A DNA stretch of 64,000 nt from Marine Group III euryarchaeote CG-Epi1 (GTDB lineage: Archaea > Thermoplasmatota > Poseidoniia > MGIII > CG-Epi1). Both the position numbers and the translations under genes were made by a program. Location of the stretch: assembly GCA_001875345.1 (NCBI GenBank), contig MIZA01000021.1, forward strand, positions 6,222-70,221, written 5' to 3'. Below are positions 29,690 through 39,390 of the stretch, one piece after another (positions within the stretch are counted from its first letter, which is position 1; the number at the start of each line of letters is the position of its first letter). The notes under the pieces are model-generated. The model searched no databases, was not told the DNA's origin, and saw nothing but the letters and a program-made list of their open reading frames with translations.

Positions 29690-30141
29690 TGTCTGTACCA
29701 AGATTTTGGAGAGAGTTAGATACTAGATATAATTTAATTGGTTCATACTGTAAGATAACTGATACCTACCATTATCCACGAAGAAGTTTTAATCCTGAGG
29801 CTGGAAGAGAATCCATCGGAAGTATGGAAGACTATCAATTCAAAGGAACTGGTACTGTAGTAACTCCTACTGTAGTTCACCAAGCACAAACAGGATATGA
29901 AATGTTTGGACCTTACTGTATGGCAATTATTGAACTTGATGAAGGTCCAAGAATAACATCACAAATAGTCGATTGCAGACCTGATACCGTAAAATCTGGA
30001 ATGAGAGTAAAATCTGTATTTAGAAAATTGGGTGAAGATAGTGAAAGTGGAATACTTCACTACGGTACGAAATTCATTTTGTTTGGAAACGATTCAGACG
30101 ATGAGTTAGATGAAGACAATATTGACAATGTAGAACTTTAG
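29689..30141 (+). CDS. DUF35 zinc-ribbon/OB-fold scaffold of the thiolase-HMGS complex
   Basis: SVPRFWR start, PY..AIIELDEGPRI, GMRVKSVFRK, YGTKF. Confidence 0.9.
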   Translation: MSVPRFWRELDTRYNLIGSYCKITDTYHYPRRSFNPEAGRESIGSMEDYQFKGTGTVVTPTVVHQAQTGYEMFGPYCMAIIELDEGPRITSQIVDCRPDTVKSGMRVKSVFRKLGEDSESGILHYGTKFILFGNDSDDELDEDNIDNVEL

Positions 30142-30183
30142 CTAGAAACTTATATATCTACTAGTGACGAGTAACAAATCCGA

Positions 30184-32139
30184 ATGCCTGAGAAAAATAG
30201 TGAATTAAAAGACCCTAGAGAATGGGTAAAAGACTTGGATATAGAGTCTACGGAAGACATTGCAGTTCCTAAAATGCTTGTCGACCAAGTGATAGGCCAA
30301 GAGCAAGGTGTTGAAATCGTTAGAAAAGCTTCTGAACAGAAAAGACATGTAATGCTAATTGGAGATCCAGGAACTGGAAAGTCAATGCTTGCAAAGTCAA
30401 TGTCTGAATTACTTCCGAAAGAGGAACTACAAGATGTCTTAGTGTACCATAACCACGAGGACAACAATGAACCAAGAGTAAGAGTCGTACCTTCTGGTAA
30501 GGGTAAAGAAATTGTACAGGTTCAAAAAGCTCAAGCTATGATAGAAAAAGAAAAGAAGGCTAAATCTCAAATGTTAATTGTTTTTACCGTAGTAGGGTTT
30601 GGTATTTTGTGGTTTATTACCACAGGTTTTAGTAATCCTATGATTATTTTTTACAGTTTAATTGCTGCTGCTTTCATATTCATGGCAATGCGATACACCA
30701 ATCAACGTAATGATACTGCAAATGTTCCAAAGGGATTGGTATTGCACAAATATGAAGCTGAAGCTGCATTCATAGATGCTACAGGAGCTCATGCAGGAGC
30801 CTTGTTGGGAGACGTAAGACACGATCCTTTCCAATCTGGAGGGCTAGAGACTCCCGCTCATGACAGAGTAGAAGCTGGTGCAATACACAAAGCACACAGA
30901 GGTGTCTTGTACATAGATGAAATTAATTTGCTGAGAATGGAATCACAACAAGCGCTCCTAACTGCCATACAGGAAGGAGAGTTTTCAATCTCCGGACAAT
31001 CTGAAAGATCTGCCGGAGCTATGACAAAAACTGAACCCGTACCTTGTGACTTCGTTTTAGTTGCTGCAGGAAATTTAGATGCTATTCAAGGAATGCACCC
31101 TGCCCTTAGAAGTAGAATCCGAGGATATGGTTACGAAGTTTACATGAATTCAACTATTCCTGATTCGCAAGAGAATAGAGAAAAATTAGTACGTTTCATA
31201 GCCCAAGAAGTAGCTAAAGATGAAAAGATTGGACATTTTTCAAAGGGAGCAATTGGAGAAGTTATACACGAAGCTCAGAGAAGAGCTGGAAGACAAAATC
31301 ACTTAAGCTTGAGACTAAGGGAATTAGGAGGCCTAGTAAGAGTAGCTGGAGATGTTTCAATAGAGCTAGGAGAAGATACTGTTACAGCCGAACATGTAAT
31401 GACTGCAAAAACCATTGCTAAGCCTTTAGAGCAACAAATTGCCGACAGATATGTAGAAAGAAGAAAAGACTACAAAACTTATTCAGTTAAAGGGTCAGAA
31501 ATTGGAATGGTCAATGGATTAGCAGTAATGGGAGCTAATTCTGGAATGGCTGAAATGGCTGGAATTTTAATGCCAATTGTGGCTGAAGTTACTCCTGCTC
31601 AATACAAAAATCACGGTAGAGTTATTGCTACCGGAAAATTAGGTGAAATTGCAAAAGAGGCCGTGGAAAATGTTTCAGCCTTAATAAAAAAGTACACCGG
31701 AGAAGATATCTCCAAGTATGATATACACGTTCAATTTGTTGGGGCATATGAAGGGGTAGAAGGTGATTCTGCATCTGTATCTATTGCAACTGCAGTAATA
31801 TCTGCTCTTGAGAACGCAGAAATTGATCAAACTGTAGCTTTAACTGGTTCATTAAGCGTTAGGGGGCAAGTATTGCCTGTTGGAGGCGTAACAGCTAAAA
31901 TCGAAGCTGCGGCTGAGTCTGGAGTTACGAAAGTACTGATTCCTTCTATGAATGCCCAAGACGTTTTACTAGATTCAAAATACAAAGATATTATCGAAGT
32001 AATACCAGTTTCAACACTCAAGGAAGTCTTGGATAATATTCTAACTGCCAGTCCAAGTAAGGAAGGATTATTGGATAATTTAACTAAATTTATTCCAAGC
32101 TCACAATTCTCAAATGAAGTAAAGAAGCCATCCGTTTAG
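30184..32139 (+). CDS. lonB: Archaeal membrane-bound Lon protease (LonB)
   Basis: GDPGTGKS, two TM helices within the AAA domain, LYIDE, GDSAS catalytic Ser, VTAKIEAA catalytic Lys. Confidence 0.96.
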   Translation: MPEKNSELKDPREWVKDLDIESTEDIAVPKMLVDQVIGQEQGVEIVRKASEQKRHVMLIGDPGTGKSMLAKSMSELLPKEELQDVLVYHNHEDNNEPRVRVVPSGKGKEIVQVQKAQAMIEKEKKAKSQMLIVFTVVGFGILWFITTGFSNPMIIFYSLIAAAFIFMAMRYTNQRNDTANVPKGLVLHKYEAEAAFIDATGAHAGALLGDVRHDPFQSGGLETPAHDRVEAGAIHKAHRGVLYIDEINLLRMESQQALLTAIQEGEFSISGQSERSAGAMTKTEPVPCDFVLVAAGNLDAIQGMHPALRSRIRGYGYEVYMNSTIPDSQENREKLVRFIAQEVAKDEKIGHFSKGAIGEVIHEAQRRAGRQNHLSLRLRELGGLVRVAGDVSIELGEDTVTAEHVMTAKTIAKPLEQQIADRYVERRKDYKTYSVKGSEIGMVNGLAVMGANSGMAEMAGILMPIVAEVTPAQYKNHGRVIATGKLGEIAKEAVENVSALIKKYTGEDISKYDIHVQFVGAYEGVEGDSASVSIATAVISALENAEIDQTVALTGSLSVRGQVLPVGGVTAKIEAAAESGVTKVLIPSMNAQDVLLDSKYKDIIEVIPVSTLKEVLDNILTASPSKEGLLDNLTKFIPSSQFSNEVKKPSV

Positions 32140-32951
32140 AAAATTAATATTTTACCATATTTTTCTAGGCATGCAGATAGCTCATCAACATTATCTGAAA
32201 CTGCAACAATTGAGGTACCTAAATGTGCAATTGATGAAACTGCTCCCAGTGGTATTTCATCTAGAATCTCAGCAAGGTTTTCGTTAATTAACCCTGATTT
32301 TTCAGTAAAAATACGTCCTGCTTTTATAACTGAACGAATATCATATTCTGTATTATTCAAATTTGAAGATACCGCATTAATAATCTCTGACCATTCAGGA
32401 TTAGATATAATATCCGAAGTATTACGACCTAGGCCTGAAACGCAAACAACCAATTTAGAATCTACTGCATATGTGTCAGTTTCTCCATTAGACCCTGGCG
32501 TCATTCTTTCAACAACTAATGGAAAATCTCCTTTATCAAGTGCAGATGAAATCGCAACTACATCGCCCAATCCTGTTTTGTATTCTATTTCAGCTTGATG
32601 AGATGCTACAGTACAATTCTTTAGATTTTTATCTAGCTCAAGGCAAGCTGCTAAAGCTGACGCTCCTGAAATTCCAAAACCCGCGCCTATTGGCAAATCT
32701 CTTCTCAAATATACAGACAATCCTTTGTTACCATATCCCAATAACTCTATAGCTCTAAGAACAACTGGATCCTCTACTATCTTATTTTCAATAATAATGG
32801 TATTTCTTTCACCTTCATTATTATCATCCACTATGGAGCAATAAACACCTTTAGGTAAAACAATTCCTAATCCCGTAGAACCCATCTTCAATGGATCTAC
32901 GTGGTTATGTATTGCAAAAGTTAAACTAATATGGCCCGGCGCAAAACTCAT
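32136..32951 (-). CDS. Pantoate kinase (archaeal GHMP kinase)
   Basis: [28 protein letters not shown]...TGLGDV. Confidence 0.85.
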   Translation of the reverse strand: MSFAPGHISLTFAIHNHVDPLKMGSTGLGIVLPKGVYCSIVDDNNEGERNTIIIENKIVEDPVVLRAIELLGYGNKGLSVYLRRDLPIGAGFGISGASALAACLELDKNLKNCTVASHQAEIEYKTGLGDVVAISSALDKGDFPLVVERMTPGSNGETDTYAVDSKLVVCVSGLGRNTSDIISNPEWSEIINAVSSNLNNTEYDIRSVIKAGRIFTEKSGLINENLAEILDEIPLGAVSSIAHLGTSIVAVSDNVDELSACLEKYGKILIF

Positions 32952-34060
32952 ATTACATTTTTGTACAAATCAATTGTTTCATCAATTGTATTTTCCCAAG
33001 TCCTCCTTTGAGTAGCGTAATCATAAGCCGATTTAGATATTGAGTATAATTTTTCTTCATTGTTTATTAATTTTGAAACTAATTGTGATAATTTACCTGG
33101 TTTAGCTAAAAAAGCATTACCTTGAGTAGCCTCTCTTACAGAGGGGAGATCTGTGGCAAAGACGGGGAGATTACAACCCATGTACTCATATATTTTTAAT
33201 GGAGAAAAACCATAATCCAAATTAGGATAAGGTGCAAGGCCAATATCGGCTTCAACAAGTAATCGAGGAACTTCTTCCCTACTCAATCGCCCAATATGAT
33301 GTAGATTGTCTAGTAACGGAAGGTTTTTCCCATATCCGCCTCCAGCTACAACAACACTTAGGGAAGGATTATCTTTTGCAATAGATATTATTTCATCGAT
33401 TCCATGCCAAGGGCCCAAAGCACCCACGAATACTGCCAATTTACCCTTAATTCCAAGTTTATCTTTAATACCTAGCGGTTTGGAATTTGGGACAAATAAA
33501 TCAGCTTCATATCCGTTCTGAATAACTGCAAAATCTCGCGCTTTAGAATTCCACTTTGTTATTTGCTCTCTTAAAATTGCACTAACCGTAAAGCCGCCAT
33601 TTGCTTTCTCAATTTGATTGTAACAAGACTCAATAGCTTTCTTGTTGTAAAGCCAATACTTGGCAAATTTTGTTGCTGATCTTTCAGATCTAATCCAATT
33701 ATCATCTACTTGTAATATAGATTTAACTCCACATTCATTGGCAGCCCTAACGCCCGAGCCTGCAAAAATATATCCTCTATCATGAACTAAATCGTAATCG
33801 TTGTTTTTCAATTCTTTTACTGCTGACTTATAGGAGTTATAAGTAAATATTAATCTTTCAAATGGAATTTTCGGATCATTAATCGATAAAAATTTTAGGT
33901 TAGAATCAAACTCTTTGTTTAATTGATTAGAATCATAACGGCAAAGTAAAGTAATCTGAATTCCTCTCTTAGCCAGACCATTGGCCAATGCTAATTGATG
34001 CAATGTTTGGCCAAGCGTATCTGGAACCCTAACTGAAGGAGCTACCATCAGAACTTTCAT
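32948..34060 (-). CDS. Glycosyltransferase family 4
   Basis: FVGALGPWHG, SPLKIYEYMGCNLPV. Confidence 0.9.
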   Translation of the reverse strand: MKVLMVAPSVRVPDTLGQTLHQLALANGLAKRGIQITLLCRYDSNQLNKEFDSNLKFLSINDPKIPFERLIFTYNSYKSAVKELKNNDYDLVHDRGYIFAGSGVRAANECGVKSILQVDDNWIRSERSATKFAKYWLYNKKAIESCYNQIEKANGGFTVSAILREQITKWNSKARDFAVIQNGYEADLFVPNSKPLGIKDKLGIKGKLAVFVGALGPWHGIDEIISIAKDNPSLSVVVAGGGYGKNLPLLDNLHHIGRLSREEVPRLLVEADIGLAPYPNLDYGFSPLKIYEYMGCNLPVFATDLPSVREATQGNAFLAKPGKLSQLVSKLINNEEKLYSISKSAYDYATQRRTWENTIDETIDLYKNVI

Positions 34061-34106
34061 AAATATCCATAATAGACAGGTTTTAGAACTACCGCCATGG
34101 GCTATT

Positions 34107-35198
34107 GTGGCAAATGTATGTGTAATTTGTGATAGGGAATTCTTTAGCCCATTTGATCAAAGAGTCTACAAAGAAGTCAAAACCATGGTTAAAATGGGAC
34201 ATAATGTAGAAATTATTACTCCGCATAAAAGTACTAAACAAAAAAAGATTGATAATATTATTGTACATTGTATTGATAAAAAGGCTCCATTTGGTTTTAC
34301 AGGTATAAAAATAATAAAAAAAGCCCTCCAGAAAAAATATGACTTATTTTACTGCCATGAATTTGATCCACTGATTTATGGCTGGATGCTTAAAAAAATT
34401 ACAAAAAAACCTGTAGTATGGGACTGTCATGAATATTTAGTTCCTATGAAAAGGGAATTGCAAGGTAAACTATCTGCCCTATTGGCTAAGAATATTATTA
34501 AATTTGCAGCCCCAAAAATAGATCATATTATAACTGTTGACAATATCCTTGGAAGGCAACTCCAAGAATACAACTCTGTAACTGTAATTCCTAACTATCC
34601 AACGATTTCAGACTTTCCATTGCTTGAAAACAAAACTAAAAATAAAATACCAAATATAATCTACGTAGGAAGCTTAACTGAAGAGAGAGGGCTTAAAAAA
34701 ATGATTAAAGCTTACAAGATTGTAAGAGAAAATTTTGAAGCCGAATTAACTATAATCGGAGGTTTTTACGATACCAGCTTAGAACAATGGGCCAAAAATT
34801 ACGACTCAAAATATAAGTTAATGATAAATTGGAAAGGCTGGATTAACTATACTGAACTAGCTCCACACTTTTCTGAAGCTGATATAGGGCTATGTATATT
34901 ACAAGACTCTGAAAGGTATATGAAAGCCATTGCTACAAAAGTTTACGAATACATAATAATGGGATTACCAGTAGTAACTTCCAAAGGCCATATGTCGGAT
35001 AGATTAGTTAAAAAAGAAAAATACGGAATCTCCGTTGACTCATCTGATGAAAATGCAATTGCCGACGGAATTCTAACTTTGCTGAACCAAAACACAATTA
35101 AAGGAATGAATAAAGAGAATATTCAATCTTCGAGAAGTAAGTATGTGTGGGAAAGAAGGGAAGAAAAAATAAACAAAGTAATTAAAAAGTTAGTATAA
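34107..35198 (+). CDS. Glycosyltransferase family 4
   Basis: VVWDCHE, YVGSLTEERG, KVYEYIIMGLPVV. Confidence 0.9.
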   Translation: MANVCVICDREFFSPFDQRVYKEVKTMVKMGHNVEIITPHKSTKQKKIDNIIVHCIDKKAPFGFTGIKIIKKALQKKYDLFYCHEFDPLIYGWMLKKITKKPVVWDCHEYLVPMKRELQGKLSALLAKNIIKFAAPKIDHIITVDNILGRQLQEYNSVTVIPNYPTISDFPLLENKTKNKIPNIIYVGSLTEERGLKKMIKAYKIVRENFEAELTIIGGFYDTSLEQWAKNYDSKYKLMINWKGWINYTELAPHFSEADIGLCILQDSERYMKAIATKVYEYIIMGLPVVTSKGHMSDRLVKKEKYGISVDSSDENAIADGILTLLNQNTIKGMNKENIQSSRSKYVWERREEKINKVIKKLV

Positions 35199-35267
35199 TA
35201 TTTTATACACGGTGAGACTCATGTTAATTGAGTTATTCACTCATTAATTTGGAGAGCAAGTAAAAAA

Positions 35268-36863
35268 ATGTCTAATTCCCCTGGAAAATATGGAAACGTA
35301 AGAGAGTTTTTGGATAATCTTGGTAATGAGAAAATAAAAATTTGTAAGAATTGTGGAACTGTATTTAGTTACCAAAATGAAACTACAATATTATGCCTGT
35401 CATGTGATTTTGAAGAGGAAGTTAGTACTTTACCTGCTGTCGTTGAAATAGAAGACGAATTTGAGATTGCACAACCTGAGCCAGCTGTTGTTGCTGCGCA
35501 GCCCACTATCTTAGCTGCTGAACCTGTGGTCGCTGAAGTCGATATTGTTGAGAGTAATACTGATTGGGATATGGATTCTTTTGATGATATGGAAGCTGAA
35601 CCTGTTGTGGAAGAAGCTACCGAACTCGAAACTTTAGCTGAAGTGGATGTAGCACCTGCTATTGAGACTGAAACCGTTGTAGAAGAAGCTGTTGAGGCTG
35701 AACCTGTTGTAGAAGAAGCGGTTGAAGCTGAGACCATAAAGGATGCAATAGAGTCAGAAGAAATTGCCGCTACAATCGTAGAAGAAGCTATAGAGAAAGA
35801 AGAAGAAGCCATAATTAATGTTGAAGAAGCAACTGATAATGAAGTGGAAGCCGTCGAGGAGTATTCTGAAGCTGTAAAAGATGAAGAAGATGCAGCTGAA
35901 ATTGTAGCAGAAACTGCGATCATTCAAACTGATGCTGAAGAGGCTATTGTTGAAGCATCTGAAAAAATATCGGATCTAGTAGAATCTGAAGCCCCTGAAG
36001 TTGAAATTAAAGAAGCCCTAAGCGATCTTGAGGAAACTGTTCAAAATAAGAAAGAAGCTGAAGATAAATTATCAGAAGCCATAGGGAAAGAAGAGCGAGC
36101 TGCATTGGTTTTAGAAGAAAAAGTAGATGTAAAAGATGAGGCTGAAGAAAAACTTAATAATGAAATTAAAGAACTAGAAGCTGCTAGCGAAAATTTAGAT
36201 GTAGCTATTACACAAAAAGACCAATCTGAAACTGAATTAGTGCAAGCCGCTAACATAGATGAAAACGTTATTGAAGAAAGTTCAGAACCGTTTACAAAAG
36301 GAGATTACGTCTCTCATGGAGTTTATGGAAATGGTGATGTTTTAACTACAACTAAAGCTGGAAAGCACTGGTCTATTGAAGTAAATTTTGATGAAGGTAA
36401 AAGGAGAATACTAGGAACTTTTCTTACGAAATTAGATAAGCCTGATGTCAAAAATGAAGAAACTAAGTATGAACCTCCAGTTGAAAAGATTGAAGAAGAG
36501 GAAATCAAAACATACGATGAACACTCCGGAATATATCAGCCAGGTACAGAAGTTCTACACGACATATTTGGTAAAGGATTTGTTAGAGAGGCTGAACCAA
36601 AAGGGGAAAATTATAAACTAATTATTAATTTTGAAGACGGTAGTGAAAGAACTCTATTATCAACGTTTATAAAATTATCAGATGAAGCTGAACCTGTTGT
36701 AGAAGAAGCTGTTGAGGCTGAACCTGTTGTAGAAGCGGTTGAGGCCGAACCTGTTGTAGAAAATAATGATATGTTCAAAAGACCTAGTAAAAAAGTAGAA
36801 GATGTTATCGATTTATCCAAACCAGAAATTCAAGATGCTGAAATGGTTGATGATGAAGATTGA
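35268..36863 (+). CDS. Highly acidic protein: N-terminal Zn ribbon, Glu/Ala-rich linker or coiled coil, two PcrA/UvrD-CTD-like Tudor domains
   Basis: CKNC...CLSC; EAEPVVEEAV repeats; FTKGDYVSHGVYGNG...VNFDEGKRRILGTF and YQPGTEVLHDIFGKG...INFEDGSERTLLSTF. Confidence 0.75.
   Translation: MSNSPGKYGNVREFLDNLGNEKIKICKNCGTVFSYQNETTILCLSCDFEEEVSTLPAVVEIEDEFEIAQPEPAVVAAQPTILAAEPVVAEVDIVESNTDWDMDSFDDMEAEPVVEEATELETLAEVDVAPAIETETVVEEAVEAEPVVEEAVEAETIKDAIESEEIAATIVEEAIEKEEEAIINVEEATDNEVEAVEEYSEAVKDEEDAAEIVAETAIIQTDAEEAIVEASEKISDLVESEAPEVEIKEALSDLEETVQNKKEAEDKLSEAIGKEERAALVLEEKVDVKDEAEEKLNNEIKELEAASENLDVAITQKDQSETELVQAANIDENVIEESSEPFTKGDYVSHGVYGNGDVLTTTKAGKHWSIEVNFDEGKRRILGTFLTKLDKPDVKNEETKYEPPVEKIEEEEIKTYDEHSGIYQPGTEVLHDIFGKGFVREAEPKGENYKLIINFEDGSERTLLSTFIKLSDEAEPVVEEAVEAEPVVEAVEAEPVVENNDMFKRPSKKVEDVIDLSKPEIQDAEMVDDED
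35676..35720 (+). repeat. Intragenic ~30-bp-unit repeat (EAEPVVEEAV), block 1
   Basis: GTTGTAGAAGAAGCTGTTGAGGCTGAACCTGTTGTAGAAG is identical at 35676-35715 and 36696-36735; a further partial unit lies at 35592-35618. Confidence 0.9.
36684..36760 (+). repeat. Intragenic ~30-bp-unit repeat (EAEPVVEEAV), block 2
   Basis: Three GAACCTGTTGTAGA units in tandem. Confidence 0.9.
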
Positions 36864-37354
36864 TGCTTTTTGAATCTAAAAGGCTTAAATTTCGTTTATT
36901 TTCAAAAGAAGACAAAATTGATCTAATAAAAATACTAAATGACGAAGTTGTAACTAAATGGGCTCATCTCCCATTTCCATATACTGAAAAACACGCAGAA
37001 TGGTGGATTAATACAGGTTCGAAGAAAAAATACCATTTTGCCCTAGAAGAAAAAAAGAAGGAACAACTTCTAGGTAGCATAAAGTTGACTAACACAGGCG
37101 AACTTGGCTGCTGGATCGGAAAGGAATATTGGAATCAAGGCTTTGCCACAGAAGCTGTTGAAAAAATTAAAGAATTTGGATTTAAGGAGTTGAAATTAGA
37201 ACGAATTTGGGCCGCTACGCATAAAGATAATTTAGCTCCAGTAAAAGTGCTAAAGATTACTGGATTTACAAGAGTAGAAGATAAGCCATACTATGTCGAA
37301 GGTATTGGCGATACTAAGGTAAGACCACATTTTGAATTACTAAACAGGCCTTAA
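36860..37354 (+). CDS. GNAT N-acetyltransferase, RimJ/RimL-like
   Basis: SKRLKFR, ELGCWIGKEYWNQGFATEA, DNLAP.KVL..GF. Confidence 0.88.
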   Translation: MMLFESKRLKFRLFSKEDKIDLIKILNDEVVTKWAHLPFPYTEKHAEWWINTGSKKKYHFALEEKKKEQLLGSIKLTNTGELGCWIGKEYWNQGFATEAVEKIKEFGFKELKLERIWAATHKDNLAPVKVLKITGFTRVEDKPYYVEGIGDTKVRPHFELLNRP

Positions 37355-37380
37355 ATCACCCCTCCCTGTGAAATATTTGT

Positions 37381-37456
37381 GGCCCTGTGGGGTAGTTTGG
37401 CATCCTTGTGGCTTTGGGAGCCATAGACCCCGGTTCAAATCCGGGCGGGGCCACCA
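37381..37456 (+). tRNA. tRNA-Pro(TGG), CCA encoded
   Basis: GGCCCTG/CGGGGCC acceptor stem, GTGGC-TTTGGGA-GCCAT anticodon arm, CCCGG-TTCAAAT-CCGGG T arm, ACCA end. Confidence 0.95.
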
Positions 37457-37458
37457 CC

Positions 37459-38472
37459 TTAATTGTATGCAGATTTAGTTGTTGAAATAATTACTGCACC
37501 TATTTTGTACGGATCACCATTTGATGCTGGCCTTCTGTCTTCTAACCTTCCCTTCCATCCATCATCGATAGTACCTATAGGAATTCTAATTGAAGCCCCC
37601 CTGTCGGAAACCCCGTAAGAAAATTGATCAATTGACTGTGTTTCGTGCAGACCTGTTAATCTCTCTTCATTGTGAGCACCGTAAACGCTCATATGGGACT
37701 TAATGTTCTTTCCAAATTCTTCACAAATTTTATTGAAGGTTTCTTCACCACCTACATCTCTCATGGTTGAATCTGAAAAGTTAGCATGCATTCCTGAACC
37801 GTTCCAATCTCCTTTGATTGGTTTAGGGTGATATTCTATGTAATACCCGTAAATCTCAGTTAATCTATCAAGCATATATCTTGCAACCCAAAGTTCGTCT
37901 CCTGCTTTTTTGGCTCCTTTAGCAAATATTTGAAATTCCCATTGGCCACAAGCTACCTCTTGGTTGATACCTTCAAAACCCAGTCCAGCTTCTATGCATA
38001 AATCTGCGTGCTGCTCAACTAAATCTCTGCCATGAGTGTTTTTACCCCCTACTGAACAGTAGTACAGACCTTGTGGTCCAGGGTATCCTCCAACAGGGAA
38101 ACCCAGTGGCAGCTGTGTTTCAACATCCATAATAAAATACTCTTGCTCAAAACCAAACCAGAAATCACTATCATCGTCATCAATTGTCGCGCGGCCGTTA
38201 CTTGAATGGGGCGTACCGTCCGCATTCATGACTTCACACATTACTAAGAATCCACTTTCTCTCTGAGGGTCTGGATAGATTGCAACTGGTTTCAATACGC
38301 AATCTGAATCCCCACCATCTGCCTGCTTAGTAGACGAACCATCAAAACTCCACATTGGACATTCATCAAGATTGCCCCCGAAGTCTTTCCTAATCATTGT
38401 CTTACTTCGCATATTTTGTGTAGGTTCGTAACCATCAAGCCAAATGTATTCTAATTTTGAGAATTCGCTCAT
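37459..38472 (-). CDS. glnII: Glutamine synthetase type II
   Basis: About 337 aa; LEYIWLDG, RSKT, WSFDGSST, WFGFEQEY, PQGLYYC, GQWEFQI, DWNGSGMH, RLTGLHET, EDRRPASN. ATG at 38472 chosen from the TATA box at 38493-38500 (minus strand). Confidence 0.93.
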   Translation of the reverse strand: MSEFSKLEYIWLDGYEPTQNMRSKTMIRKDFGGNLDECPMWSFDGSSTKQADGGDSDCVLKPVAIYPDPQRESGFLVMCEVMNADGTPHSSNGRATIDDDDSDFWFGFEQEYFIMDVETQLPLGFPVGGYPGPQGLYYCSVGGKNTHGRDLVEQHADLCIEAGLGFEGINQEVACGQWEFQIFAKGAKKAGDELWVARYMLDRLTEIYGYYIEYHPKPIKGDWNGSGMHANFSDSTMRDVGGEETFNKICEEFGKNIKSHMSVYGAHNEERLTGLHETQSIDQFSYGVSDRGASIRIPIGTIDDGWKGRLEDRRPASNGDPYKIGAVIISTTKSAYN

Positions 38473-38577
38473 AATTTTATATTGTAACACACTATATAAA
38501 AAAAGCGGATATATTGATTGAATGTAGCAGAAAAACCATTATAACTAACTTTATGCATACTAATTTATATATAGGGC

Positions 38578-38589
38578 GAACATTTGTTC
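38578..38589. promoter_or_regulatory. Inverted repeat GAACA-TT-TGTTC between the TATA box and the start of the Lrp gene (candidate operator)
   Basis: Palindrome read directly; TTTATATA at 38564-38571 and ATG at 38595. Confidence 0.4.
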
Positions 38590-38594
38590 AATTT

Positions 38595-39041
38595 ATGGGC
38601 CTGAATGAAAAAGATTCTGAACTTTTGGTACAGTTAAGTAAAAATGGCAAAGCATCACAAAGAGAACTTGCTAGGGAAACTGGGGTTGCGCTGGGTACTG
38701 TGAATGCACATATTAAGCAACTTGAAAAGAACAAAGTAATAAAGGGATATTTTGCAGATATAGATCCCGAAAAAGTTGGGTTTAATCTTACTGCAATAAT
38801 CAATTTAAGAATTAAAAAAGGCACATTAATAGACGTACAGTCCTCAATTGCAGAGCATTCAAGAGTCTTCGGAGTTTACGATGTAACTGGTGAATGGGAC
38901 TCCTTAATTTTAGCGAGATTTAAAAATCGAGAGGAAATGGACAATTTTATTAAAACAACACTCTCACAAGAATATATCGAACGTACTAGCACGTCGCTTG
39001 TTCTAAATACAGTAAAGGAAGAGCCAAGAGTATTATTGTAA
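38595..39041 (+). CDS. Lrp/AsnC family transcriptional regulator
   Basis: HTH (SQRELARETGVALGTV), IKGYFADIDPEKVG, RAM domain YDVTGEWD. ATG at 38595 preferred over TTG at 38514. Confidence 0.93.
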   Translation: MGLNEKDSELLVQLSKNGKASQRELARETGVALGTVNAHIKQLEKNKVIKGYFADIDPEKVGFNLTAIINLRIKKGTLIDVQSSIAEHSRVFGVYDVTGEWDSLILARFKNREEMDNFIKTTLSQEYIERTSTSLVLNTVKEEPRVLL

Positions 39042-39048
39042 TATCTAA

Positions 39049-39390
39049 TTAACGAAAATATTCGTTAACTGATTCAATTTGATCAATAGTTAACCCCCTT
39101 TGCAATTGACCATCCCACCTTTTTTTCAGAGCTCCATTTTCAAAAACAGCCATAGTTGGAACAACGTTAATGTTGAAAACATCCCACAATTTAGATTCTA
39201 CATCCGTAATATCAGCTATAAAAACATCAGAAATATCAGAATACTCAGTCCAATTGTTAAAGAAAGAGACACAATATGGGCACCAATCTGCGGAAAAAAT
39301 AACTACTGATTTACCATGATGTTCAATTAATCTATCAAACTCAAAATCATCTTGATTTATCTTTGGAATTAAATTTACTTCTTTTCCCAT
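39049..39390 (-). CDS. Thioredoxin family protein
   Basis: FSADWCPYC, VVPTMAVFENG. Confidence 0.85.
   Translation of the reverse strand: MGKEVNLIPKINQDDFEFDRLIEHHGKSVVIFSADWCPYCVSFFNNWTEYSDISDVFIADITDVESKLWDVFNINVVPTMAVFENGALKKRWDGQLQRGLTIDQIESVNEYFR

Noticed and set aside
32948-35198. Glycosylation island
   Set aside because: Only two GT4 genes, with no sugar-nucleotide or flippase genes and no obvious compositional shift.
35369-35923. 184-aa Ser/Ala/Thr-rich minus-strand ORF
   Set aside because: Antisense shadow of the Glu/Ala-rich gene (GAA/GCT codons read in reverse).
35592-36760. ~30-bp repeats as a CRISPR array
   Set aside because: They are in-frame coding repeats without unique spacers, and no cas genes are present.
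37381-37460. tRNA-Pro as the attachment site of an integrated element
   Set aside because: No integrase and no duplicated tRNA 3' end were seen in the window; flanking genes are housekeeping-like.
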